A stretch of DNA of 64,000 bases from an uncultured Clostridia bacterium (GCA_944387575.1 CALXFK010000043.1:3892-67891), one strand, 5' to 3'; shown: positions 48,400 through 56,162, counted from the stretch's first letter. Notes: generated by a model from the letters alone, not told the origin. Numbers and translations are program-made.

Positions 48400-49095
48400 T
48401 TATAGTGCAAACTTCATACTGGCGCTCCGCGCAAGGCAATACTTGCTTACCGACAATTCGGAGCGATCGGCTGCGTTCACCAGGTTCTTTATGTAACTGA
48501 GCAGGAAACCGTTGTATTTGACCTCCAACACTCCGTTGAACGGGTCGAGCACCGGGTACAGATTCAGGTGCTCTGAAAACAGGTCTGCACAGCACTCGGT
48601 CGCACGTATGTCGCCGTCAAAAGTGATCCTTATCCGGTTCTCCCTAGCAATATACGCACGCCTGCGGTACTCGACTATCGTCTTTGGACGGTAACAGTAC
48701 ATCTGCATCATCCCGTAACACTCCGCCGCAAAAGGGTCGTCATACTTCAGAAGGCTGCCATACCTGCCCTCCGCAAGCCCGGCTGCATCCGCCCTCGATA
48801 TGCGAAGCGAGCGCTTCTTCTGATACGCGCCCTCTTTCTGCTTCATCTCGAGCATCGCGAAATCGTCCGCCGGGTCGTATATCCGCACACGGATCTTCCG
48901 CCGCAGTTCGAGCCCGTCAATTTTCTCCTCATAGTCCCTGTCGTACAAACTGTCAAAATACAGTGAACGTATATTGTAGCCCAATATGCCGTTGTGCGGG
49001 TCGGGTATCATCACCCGGTCAAGTCGGCAGGACAGCTCCTTCATGCCGGAAATAGTCATGAAATATTTCTTCTCCTGTCGGTACACCTCGTTCAA
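48400..49095 (-). CDS. VTC-domain (triphosphate-tunnel, polyphosphate-polymerase-like) protein
   Basis: YRQEKKY (ExK strand 1), RRKIRVRIY, EMKQK, RITFD and LEVKY are alternating charged tunnel strands typical of Vtc4-like TTM domains. The TTG start at 49095 sits behind GGGGGGTGAT. Confidence 0.8.
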   Translation of the reverse strand: MNEVYRQEKKYFMTISGMKELSCRLDRVMIPDPHNGILGYNIRSLYFDSLYDRDYEEKIDGLELRRKIRVRIYDPADDFAMLEMKQKEGAYQKKRSLRISRADAAGLAEGRYGSLLKYDDPFAAECYGMMQMYCYRPKTIVEYRRRAYIARENRIRITFDGDIRATECCADLFSEHLNLYPVLDPFNGVLEVKYNGFLLSYIKNLVNAADRSELSVSKYCLARSASMKFAL

Positions 49096-49121
49096 ATCAT
49101 CACCCCCCGAATACTTCAAAG

Positions 49122-49177
49122 CAAAAAATAAAGCTGCAAAACACGTCACTTTTTAAATGACAGTGATTTTGCAGCTT
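49122..49177 (-). terminator. expression-platform terminator of the c-di-GMP riboswitch
   Basis: Minus-strand RNA reads AAGCUGCAAAA ... UUUUGCAGCUU followed by UAUUUUUU. The 5' arm overlaps the 3' end of the aptamer. Confidence 0.7.
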
Positions 49178-49254
49178 GACGGTCATAACAGTTTTCTGCC
49201 GTAGACTCAGAGCTTTGCGTCATCGTCTTTCAACGATTTTGCCCAAACTTCGAT
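49171..49254 (-). promoter_or_regulatory. c-di-GMP-I (GEMM-I) riboswitch aptamer
   Basis: Minus-strand RNA reads GUUUGGGCAAAAUCGUUGAAAGACGAUGACGCAAAGCUCUGAGUCUACGGCAGAAAACUGUUAUGACCGUCAAGCUGC. It contains GGCAAA, a GAAA-capped helix, the GACGCAAAGC core and a second helix with UA..UAUG receptor-like bulges, as in Vc2. Confidence 0.8.
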
Positions 49255-49294
49255 ATTTAATTTACCTCTAATCGACAACGCTGATTACTGTGTT

Positions 49295-49323
49295 ATCATA
49301 CACCATATGAATCCAAATTTCAA
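49295..49323 (-). promoter_or_regulatory. candidate sigma-A promoter driving the riboswitch/operon
   Basis: Minus strand reads TTGAAA - 17 nt - TATGAT, about 40 nt upstream of the aptamer. Confidence 0.5.
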
Positions 49324-49696
49324 TACGGTCATCAAATACTTTTCACGGCAAATCAATTTTTTACCCTCCGAGCACAACCTCTGTAAACCCGGGGCGAGGC
49401 GTGTATCACGGACTTTTCTTCACTACACGTGTAGCGTTCCCTTCCAGACTCAGACCTTCGTCGTTCTGCATCTTCTCATCTCACCATTACATATCACATA
49501 TTAGGCTATTACACCGCCGGTTAAAAAATAACAAAAATCGGCTTTGACCTTCTAAGCCAAGCAAAAAGCGGAAACGCAAGGACACATTTATATATATATC
49601 CAAAATACATACCTACGTTTTCTCTGATTATAATATTTTTGACCAATAATTTCAAGCCATTTTTCTACCTTATAAAATTTAATTAAAGCACAAAGG

Positions 49697-49725
49697 CTGA
49701 AAGTGTAGACTAATACGTTTATAAT
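49697..49725 (+). promoter_or_regulatory. candidate promoter of the divergent diguanylate cyclase gene
   Basis: CTGAAA - 17 nt - TATAAT in the AT-rich intergenic region. Confidence 0.4.
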
Positions 49726-49821
49726 ATGATATACTGGATAACGTTATTAAAATAGTTATCATAATCATTCTCAATTCTATTTTACCATGCTGAACATGGG
49801 GGCAAAGGAGGCGACGACAAT

Positions 49822-51534
49822 ATGATAGGCTCTGCGGTTTTAGGGTCTTTTCCCAAGCGAGCTGCCTTTGCTTTCGTTCTTGTGATGGTCATGTCTCTGA
49901 TGTTGGCTGCTGTATTTCGCTATGCCACTCCGCTTGACGGTATTCCGGACACGTACCCGAAGTCAATAGACGCCGGCTGGTTCTACGAGGACGACGGCAC
50001 GCTCTGCCCAATTGGCAAGCTGCCCTGCACGCTCGAGCACAACGGCGAAACGTTGTATATGGTCCGTGAGCTCTCTGATCTACCACACGATTCCGACGAT
50101 ATTCTCGCAGTTGAGACACGCTATCAGTCGATCCGGGTCTGGGCAGATGATGAAGTAATATATGAAGCGGCGCAGGGAAAGGAACACGCGCTTAGCACCA
50201 TGTGGCATTTCATCGCGTCCGAGCGGTACGATGGCGCCACGGAGATCCGCATCGAGCTCACTAAATACGACGGCGATCTGGAGTGGTCACTCAACCGCAT
50301 CTTCCAGGACCATCCGGATGCGATAAAGGTGTATCTTCTCGAGGAACACATACCGATCCTGATAGTATGGCTGTGCTGCATGTTGTTTGCGCTTCTGCTG
50401 ATGTTCGGTATTCTTTTCATGGCAGTAAAGAAGGTCGCAGGGATCACGACAGTTATCTCGCTTGCTTCATTTATATTTCTTTCGGGCAGTTGGATACTTT
50501 TCGACTCCAAAATCACCACGATATTTGGGGGGAATTACGCATTTACATACTTTCTCAGCTATGCCGTCTTTTATCTGATGCCTGTTCCACTCCTCTTCTT
50601 TTTCCAGCTCATACTCAATTTGCAGAGCAGGTTGCCGCGAATTCTCACATGGGTCACGGCAATAAACGCTGCGTTCTGGATGCTTATGCACCTGCTCGGC
50701 ATAGTCGATATACGCGATACCGCTGTGTGCGTCCACCTCATCATCATAGCGTTTGTCGTTCTGTTTATAGTCGAATTTTTTAAGAAGAGGACAAAACGGC
50801 TGATTTTCACGTTTTGTGGTATATTTTTGCTGTTTGTCCTGGCGCTTGCATCGATAGTACTGTATTATGCCGGGCTCCTTCCACCGTCCAACAGCGCTAT
50901 ACTGTTTGTCTGGAGTCTGCCAGCACTCATACTCTGCATGGTTATGGACACCGTGCTAATGGTCTATAACATATGGAAGGAACAGCAGTTCAATTCGGTC
51001 TACCGCCAGCTTGCCATCGAGGACAGTATGACCCGTCTTGCCAACCGCAACGCCTACGAGCTTCGGCTGCGCGAACTTGTAAGCGGCGATCCCTGTGAAC
51101 TCAGCTTTGTTCTTTTCGACATCGACCGAATGAAATATATAAACGACACATACGGTCACCACATCGGAGACCAGGTCATCGAGCTTGTAGCGCAGTGTAT
51201 ATTTGACACATTCGGGAACTGCGGCGACTGTTATCGCATAGGCGGCGACGAATTCTGCGTTATAGCGACCAACTGCAACGACATCCCGGGCAGGCTCAAA
51301 CGGTTCGACGAGCTAGTAGCATCGCGCAACGACGCTGAACTTCCTCTGGACGTCTCATACGGATGGGACAAACAGATTTTCAGAAACGGAAAATCGATTT
51401 CACTAAAAGCTATTATCGATCTGAAAACCTCCGCCGATAAGCAGCTCTATCTCCACAAGAACTCAAAAAACTGCGACACCCCTCATCCTGGGCAGTCCGC
51501 GGAAGAGTCAAGCGGCACCGTGCCTCTTCGATGA
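49822..51534 (+). CDS. diguanylate cyclase with extracytoplasmic N-domain and 7TM-type membrane module
   Basis: Signal-anchor, an N-domain of about 130 aa, about 7 TM helices, then MTRLANRNAY...FDIDRMKYINDTYGHHIGD...YRIGGDEFCVI with an intact GGDEF. Confidence 0.85.
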   Translation: MIGSAVLGSFPKRAAFAFVLVMVMSLMLAAVFRYATPLDGIPDTYPKSIDAGWFYEDDGTLCPIGKLPCTLEHNGETLYMVRELSDLPHDSDDILAVETRYQSIRVWADDEVIYEAAQGKEHALSTMWHFIASERYDGATEIRIELTKYDGDLEWSLNRIFQDHPDAIKVYLLEEHIPILIVWLCCMLFALLLMFGILFMAVKKVAGITTVISLASFIFLSGSWILFDSKITTIFGGNYAFTYFLSYAVFYLMPVPLLFFFQLILNLQSRLPRILTWVTAINAAFWMLMHLLGIVDIRDTAVCVHLIIIAFVVLFIVEFFKKRTKRLIFTFCGIFLLFVLALASIVLYYAGLLPPSNSAILFVWSLPALILCMVMDTVLMVYNIWKEQQFNSVYRQLAIEDSMTRLANRNAYELRLRELVSGDPCELSFVLFDIDRMKYINDTYGHHIGDQVIELVAQCIFDTFGNCGDCYRIGGDEFCVIATNCNDIPGRLKRFDELVASRNDAELPLDVSYGWDKQIFRNGKSISLKAIIDLKTSADKQLYLHKNSKNCDTPHPGQSAEESSGTVPLR

Positions 51535-51661
51535 CTCCGTTTTGTCCGGTGCACAGACCTTCTGCAAATAATTATCTATCGCCTGCCGCAACTGAACGGC
51601 AGGCGATATCTAAAAACAAAATATCCGTATCCGTTCATTCCGCAGTTATCCAAAACCATAA

Positions 51662-51688
51662 AAAGGGGGCTACCCCCCCTTTTTTTAT
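51662..51688 (+). terminator. weak terminator-like G5/C7 hairpin with T-run
   Basis: aaagggggctaccccccc followed by ttttttta. An 11-bp hairpin at 51578-51607 lies upstream. Confidence 0.4.
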
Positions 51689-51904
51689 CCCTATCTTTTC
51701 AAAACATACCATTCAGGCGCTATACTTTACTACGCTCTGTTACACTTGCTGCAAATACTTCTTTGTGCCGCAATAGTGAACAGAGTGTCTGCAAGTTGTG
51801 TTAGGGTCGCACCAAAAAATATCACCTCCACACCTATCGTATGAACGCATGGTTACAGAGTGTATTCCCGCTCCTGCCGCGACTTCGATCCGAACTGCAA
51901 CGAC

Positions 51905-52318
51905 TCACTTTTTGCCACTTCCATTTTCATAGAGGACCAATTTCAAATTTTTATCACAGACCGCCAAAAATACGTTTTTAGCGGAGCGAATATGGCGCTG
52001 CTTTAGCTGCTCGTCCAGCCATTTCAGATCCAGTCCCATACGCTTCAGGTTGTCATCAAGAATTCGACCGTCCATTATCATCTCCGTAAACAACAACTCT
52101 TGTTCCGGCGCCAAATCCATGTCATTGGGTGTAGCAGGGCGCTGGCTACTGACAGGGAGGATCGTAGCCATTTCAGCCGCAATTGAGCCAATTGTTATTC
52201 CATTGATATAGTCAAAAAAATCCAACTGTGCAATTTGCTTATGCCCAATAAACTTAGCAACCAGAAAAAGCGCTACAAATGATCCCAATGACGTTAGGCA
52301 AAGTACCAAAAAGTTCAT
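51905..52318 (-). CDS. short DUF421 (YetF-like) domain protein
   Basis: FIGHKQIAQLDFFDYINGITIGSIAA matches the DUF421 N-motif. At 137 aa it is shorter than the paralog at 17665. Confidence 0.65.
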   Translation of the reverse strand: MNFLVLCLTSLGSFVALFLVAKFIGHKQIAQLDFFDYINGITIGSIAAEMATILPVSSQRPATPNDMDLAPEQELLFTEMIMDGRILDDNLKRMGLDLKWLDEQLKQRHIRSAKNVFLAVCDKNLKLVLYENGSGKK

Positions 52319-52461
52319 ACGATATTTTCCCCCCTCTTTAGTTCATATTGTGACCAAACCTCAAACAAGCATACACACCACACCGCAGCCTCCACAGGTG
52401 CAATTCACAAAAATACTGAATACCGCATATTGTATACCAGCAACTGAAAGGAGTATGCGGT

Positions 52462-52908
52462 ATGAAATTCGAGAATTCCGGTCGGTGCAACTGCGCTAAG
52501 CCCAAGACCGATTGCGGTCCCGAGCCGTTTGTTGCAAACATCGCCTGCGCGGCGGGTCAGAATCAAAATTTCAGAACGGCGCTGTGGACCGGGTGCCATT
52601 TACAAATGACCCTTATGTGCATTCCTCCCTGCGGCGACATAGGCGTGGAGATACATCCAGACACAGACCAGTTCATACGTGTGGAGGACGGAAAAGCAGT
52701 CGTTATGATGGGTGACTGTAAAAACCGTCTGGATGCCAAATGCTGCCTGAACACCGGAGACGCAGTCTTTATTCCGAGCGGCACATGGCACAACATCGTC
52801 AACACCGAAAAGTGCCCCCTCAAGCTCTCGTCCATCTACGCGCCGCCCCATCACCCCAGAGGAACCGTTCACCGCACAAAGGCTGACGCCGAAAAGGAGT
52901 CGTATTAA
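52462..52908 (+). CDS. cupin-domain protein
   Basis: PFVANI...NFRTALWTG..LQMTLM.I.P..DIG.E.H...DQF.RVE.G......VFIPSGTWHNI.NT...PLKL.SIYAPP.H is a conserved clostridial cupin family. The N-terminus is Cys-rich. Confidence 0.75.
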   Translation: MKFENSGRCNCAKPKTDCGPEPFVANIACAAGQNQNFRTALWTGCHLQMTLMCIPPCGDIGVEIHPDTDQFIRVEDGKAVVMMGDCKNRLDAKCCLNTGDAVFIPSGTWHNIVNTEKCPLKLSSIYAPPHHPRGTVHRTKADAEKESY

Positions 52909-52995
52909 CACATTACGCGCATTCACCGTCCATATGTCCATATACATGAAACGTCACCGGGTACCGTTATCGGTATCCGGTGACACGATTTCCCG

Positions 52996-53676
52996 CTATC
53001 TCGCAAGCAGCCACGCTATCCCGGCGGCGGTACGCTCCGGAGCATGGGAATAGTGGTTTCCGGGATTCAACTCGAAGGTGGTATCCACCCCCACATCTCT
53101 GTAGAACTCCATTATCGCCTCCGTATCGCGGCGGACATTCCTGAGGACTGGGTTTCGCGTTCTGTCCTCCCTGTCGCCGAGCGAGAAATAGATGTGGTCA
53201 GGTATCTGCTTCGGCTCGTGCGAATGGATGTACTCCCAAAACCCCGGGTACCACAGCGAGCCGGACATGCTTGCCACCCTTGAAAACATGTCGGTCCGAT
53301 AGACCGAGTACACGCAAAACAGCCCCGCAAGCGAGTACCCAGCTATCCCCCGCCACCGCGGCGCGGCGCCGAGATACCCCTCAGCAGTCGGGAGTATCTC
53401 TCCCGTGAGTATCCGCAGATAGTCGTCCGCTCCACCGCTGAACGGCTCCGCCCCCCTGAACACCGCAGGTGCATCCCACGGCGCCATGTCCCGGTTCCAA
53501 TCGAGCCCTCCGACCGAGACCAGCGTGAACGGCTCGCACCCCGCGCCCTCAGCCGCCTCGAGAACCCGCATGCCCTCGTCCGGCGCCGCATTGAGATATA
53601 TCACCGGCGCACCAGCCTCGGCTGATGCAAAGACGGACACGTTTTTCCCGCCTGCGGCAAATGTATAAACCTGCAT
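52996..53676 (-). CDS. alpha/beta-hydrolase (putative esterase family)
   Basis: GYSLAG nucleophile elbow, about 226 aa, esterase-D/IroE-like layout. Confidence 0.7.
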   Translation of the reverse strand: MQVYTFAAGGKNVSVFASAEAGAPVIYLNAAPDEGMRVLEAAEGAGCEPFTLVSVGGLDWNRDMAPWDAPAVFRGAEPFSGGADDYLRILTGEILPTAEGYLGAAPRWRGIAGYSLAGLFCVYSVYRTDMFSRVASMSGSLWYPGFWEYIHSHEPKQIPDHIYFSLGDREDRTRNPVLRNVRRDTEAIMEFYRDVGVDTTFELNPGNHYSHAPERTAAGIAWLLAR

Positions 53677-53830
53677 CGCATGTACGCTCCCCTCCGCTAT
53701 CTCGGTATCATTTTCATTTTACCTTAACGGCACACCTTTCGCAATGCCGTTATGTGATTTCGTCACGGTAACTCCGCCGCGTATCCACTACAATTGGTTC
53801 ACCGATTCAAAGAGGTAAGAGAGGTATCAT

Positions 53831-54034
53831 ATGGCAAAAATACGGCGCAAAGCGTTTGTCGATCGGAAGCACTGTGTGGCATGCGGCTGCTGCGTGAAAG
53901 TATGTCCGATGAACGCGATAGAGATAGTCCGCGGCGTTATTGCTCTGATAAGCGCGGAAAAGTGTGTGGGCTGCGGTAAGTGCGCAAAGGAGTGCCCCGC
54001 AAGCGTCATCGAGATACGGGAGGTGGAGGCATGA
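53831..54034 (+). CDS. 2x[4Fe-4S] ferredoxin-type protein
   Basis: Two CxxCxxCxxxCP motifs (CVACGCCVKVCP and CVGCGKCAKECP) in 67 aa. Confidence 0.85.
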   Translation: MAKIRRKAFVDRKHCVACGCCVKVCPMNAIEIVRGVIALISAEKCVGCGKCAKECPASVIEIREVEA

Positions 54035-54612
54035 AAAAGCGGTGGTACGATTACCTCTGGATAGCCTCGTTGCTGTATCTCCTGCTCGGCTTTTTCAATA
54101 TCCTGTTTGCATGGCTGGGGCTTCTGTGCTTCTTCATACCGCTCATCATCTCGGTCGCCGCCGGGACAAAGAGTTACTGCAACCGCTATTGCGGGCGGGG
54201 TCAACTTTTCGGGCTCATCGGCGGGAGATTCGGTCTTTCCCGGAAAAAGGACGTTCCACGCTGGATGAAGAGCAGTTGGTTCAGGTACGGGTTCCTGATA
54301 TTCTTTTTCGCGATGTTCTTTCTGATGCTCTGGAATACATACCTCGTATTTGCCGGTGCGCGGGAACTTGGGCAGGCGGTCACGCTGCTCTGGACGTTCA
54401 AACTACCCTGGAACTGGGCGTACCACGGCACTCTGTTCCACCCCGGTGTGGCGCAGTTCGCGTTTGGGTTTTACGGCGTCATGCTGACCTCCACCGTCCT
54501 CGGTCTTATCACGATGGTACTCTTCAAGCCGAGAAGCTGGTGCGTATACTGCCCGATGGGGACCATGACCCAGCTCATATGCAAAGCCAAAAATCCAAAG
54601 ATAGAAAAATAG
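54031..54612 (+). CDS. membrane 4Fe-4S-binding protein (NapH/MauN-like fold)
   Basis: Four or five TM helices with CNRYCGRG and CVYCPMG motifs. The start overlaps the ferredoxin stop (ATGA). Confidence 0.65.
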   Translation: MKKRWYDYLWIASLLYLLLGFFNILFAWLGLLCFFIPLIISVAAGTKSYCNRYCGRGQLFGLIGGRFGLSRKKDVPRWMKSSWFRYGFLIFFFAMFFLMLWNTYLVFAGARELGQAVTLLWTFKLPWNWAYHGTLFHPGVAQFAFGFYGVMLTSTVLGLITMVLFKPRSWCVYCPMGTMTQLICKAKNPKIEK

Positions 54613-54669
54613 ATCAAAACACAGAAAAACTCCTGTGAGAACCACATCTCACAGGAGTTTTGATAATAC

Positions 54670-56070
54670 TCAGTTCTGCGGCTGTACACGAGTGAATGCT
54701 TCCTGCGTCTCTTGCTCACCTCGCTCACCGCGTGTACCACGCTCCGCGCGGAGTTCATGTGCATATAGCGCAAGGCAGATCATGCAGAGCAGACCCTCTA
54801 CCACCGGCTGTGCGGCAATGACGCCGGTAAGCCCCCAAAGGCGGTTGAGCACTATGACCGCCGGGATGAACAGCACTGCATTGCGCAGTACGGTTATTAT
54901 GAGCGAGTGGAGCGCCTTGCCCAGCGCCTGGAAATAGCTCGTCACCATGTTGATGACGCCGAGCGTAGCCGCGGAGAGGCACAGTATCTTCAGGAAATCG
55001 TCCGCCTGTTCCATGAGCGCTTCCTCATGCAGGAATACTCCGGCAAGCTGCCTCCCGCAGAGCAGGAACAGGACTGTAAACAGCGTGCCGAGCAGCGTCC
55101 CGTACAGCATGGAAAGCCGCATGGTCGCGTTCATTCGCTTCTTCTGCCCCGCCCCATAGCAGTAACCCACAAGCGGCGTGACCCCCTGCGACAGTCCCAC
55201 AAGCAGCATTATCGGCACCATGTCTATCTTATAGGCGATGCCGTAGGCTGCAACGGCATTCGAGCCGTAGATGGAGATGTAGTTGTTCAGCACTATGTTC
55301 GCCACACTCATCAGCACGGTGATGAGTGCACCGGGTATCCCTATGCTGACAACGCCGCCTACCATTCCCCGGTCCGGTCGGAACTCCCTCGGCGACACCC
55401 GGAAGAGTTCGCTGCCGCGCCGGTTCTGACGCACCATACAGGCGATATAGTACACACTTGAGCAGGCAAAGCCTAGCGACGTGGCTGCTGCCGCGCCGGC
55501 GGCGCCCCAGTTCAGCGGTATAATAAACACATAGTCAAGCACGATATTGACGCAGTTGCCCATTATGAGACCGACCGTGCTCTCACGTATCAGCCCCGCC
55601 GAGCGGAACAGGTGCACAAAACCGTTGGAAAGCATGATGAACGGCGCGCCGAGGAAAATATAGAGGAGATAGTCACGGGTGTACCCGATGTTCTCGGCGT
55701 CCGCACCGGCTACCTGCGCAATCGGCATCACGAACAGAAGCCCCAGCACCATCGTGACAACTCCCGCAATCACCATCGCATAGGTACAGAAATTCATCGT
55801 CTTGCCGGCATACTCCCGCTGTCCACCTCCAAGAAGCCTCGCTATCACGCTGCTGCCGCCCATGCCGAACACGCACGCTATCGACATGATTATCAGCAGT
55901 ATCGGCGCACACAGCGTCACCGCCGCTATCATGGCAGGCTCCCCGGTCAGCGACACAAAAAAAGTGTCCGCAATGTTGTAAATCAGCGTCGTGAGCTGTC
56001 CCAGCATCGCGGGCAGCCCGACCCGTGCGATAGCCTTGGTGAGATTGGATTCCTCAAATACCGATGTCAT
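54670..56070 (-). CDS. MATE-family efflux transporter
   Basis: 12-TM protein with N-terminus GLPAMLGQLTTLIYNIADTFFV typical of MATE. The ATG at 56070 sits behind GGGAGGAAA. Confidence 0.9.
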   Translation of the reverse strand: MTSVFEESNLTKAIARVGLPAMLGQLTTLIYNIADTFFVSLTGEPAMIAAVTLCAPILLIIMSIACVFGMGGSSVIARLLGGGQREYAGKTMNFCTYAMVIAGVVTMVLGLLFVMPIAQVAGADAENIGYTRDYLLYIFLGAPFIMLSNGFVHLFRSAGLIRESTVGLIMGNCVNIVLDYVFIIPLNWGAAGAAAATSLGFACSSVYYIACMVRQNRRGSELFRVSPREFRPDRGMVGGVVSIGIPGALITVLMSVANIVLNNYISIYGSNAVAAYGIAYKIDMVPIMLLVGLSQGVTPLVGYCYGAGQKKRMNATMRLSMLYGTLLGTLFTVLFLLCGRQLAGVFLHEEALMEQADDFLKILCLSAATLGVINMVTSYFQALGKALHSLIITVLRNAVLFIPAVIVLNRLWGLTGVIAAQPVVEGLLCMICLALYAHELRAERGTRGERGEQETQEAFTRVQPQN

Positions 56071-56162
56071 TCTCGTTTCCTCCCTTGCACTCCTTGCAAA
56101 CTCCAGGATTATAGCGTAAAATAAAATAAAGAACCCGGACATATGTCCGGGTGGGAGGCATT

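Noticed and set aside
49307-49504. 65-aa ORF in the riboswitch/cyclase spacer
   Set aside because: It has no SD and a low-complexity composition, and it overlaps the predicted operon promoter on the opposite strand.
49589-49599. (TA)n microsatellite
   Set aside because: It has only about 5-6 units inside an AT-rich promoter region. There is no evidence for phase variation, since it is not in a spacer between -35 and -10 elements that I can define.
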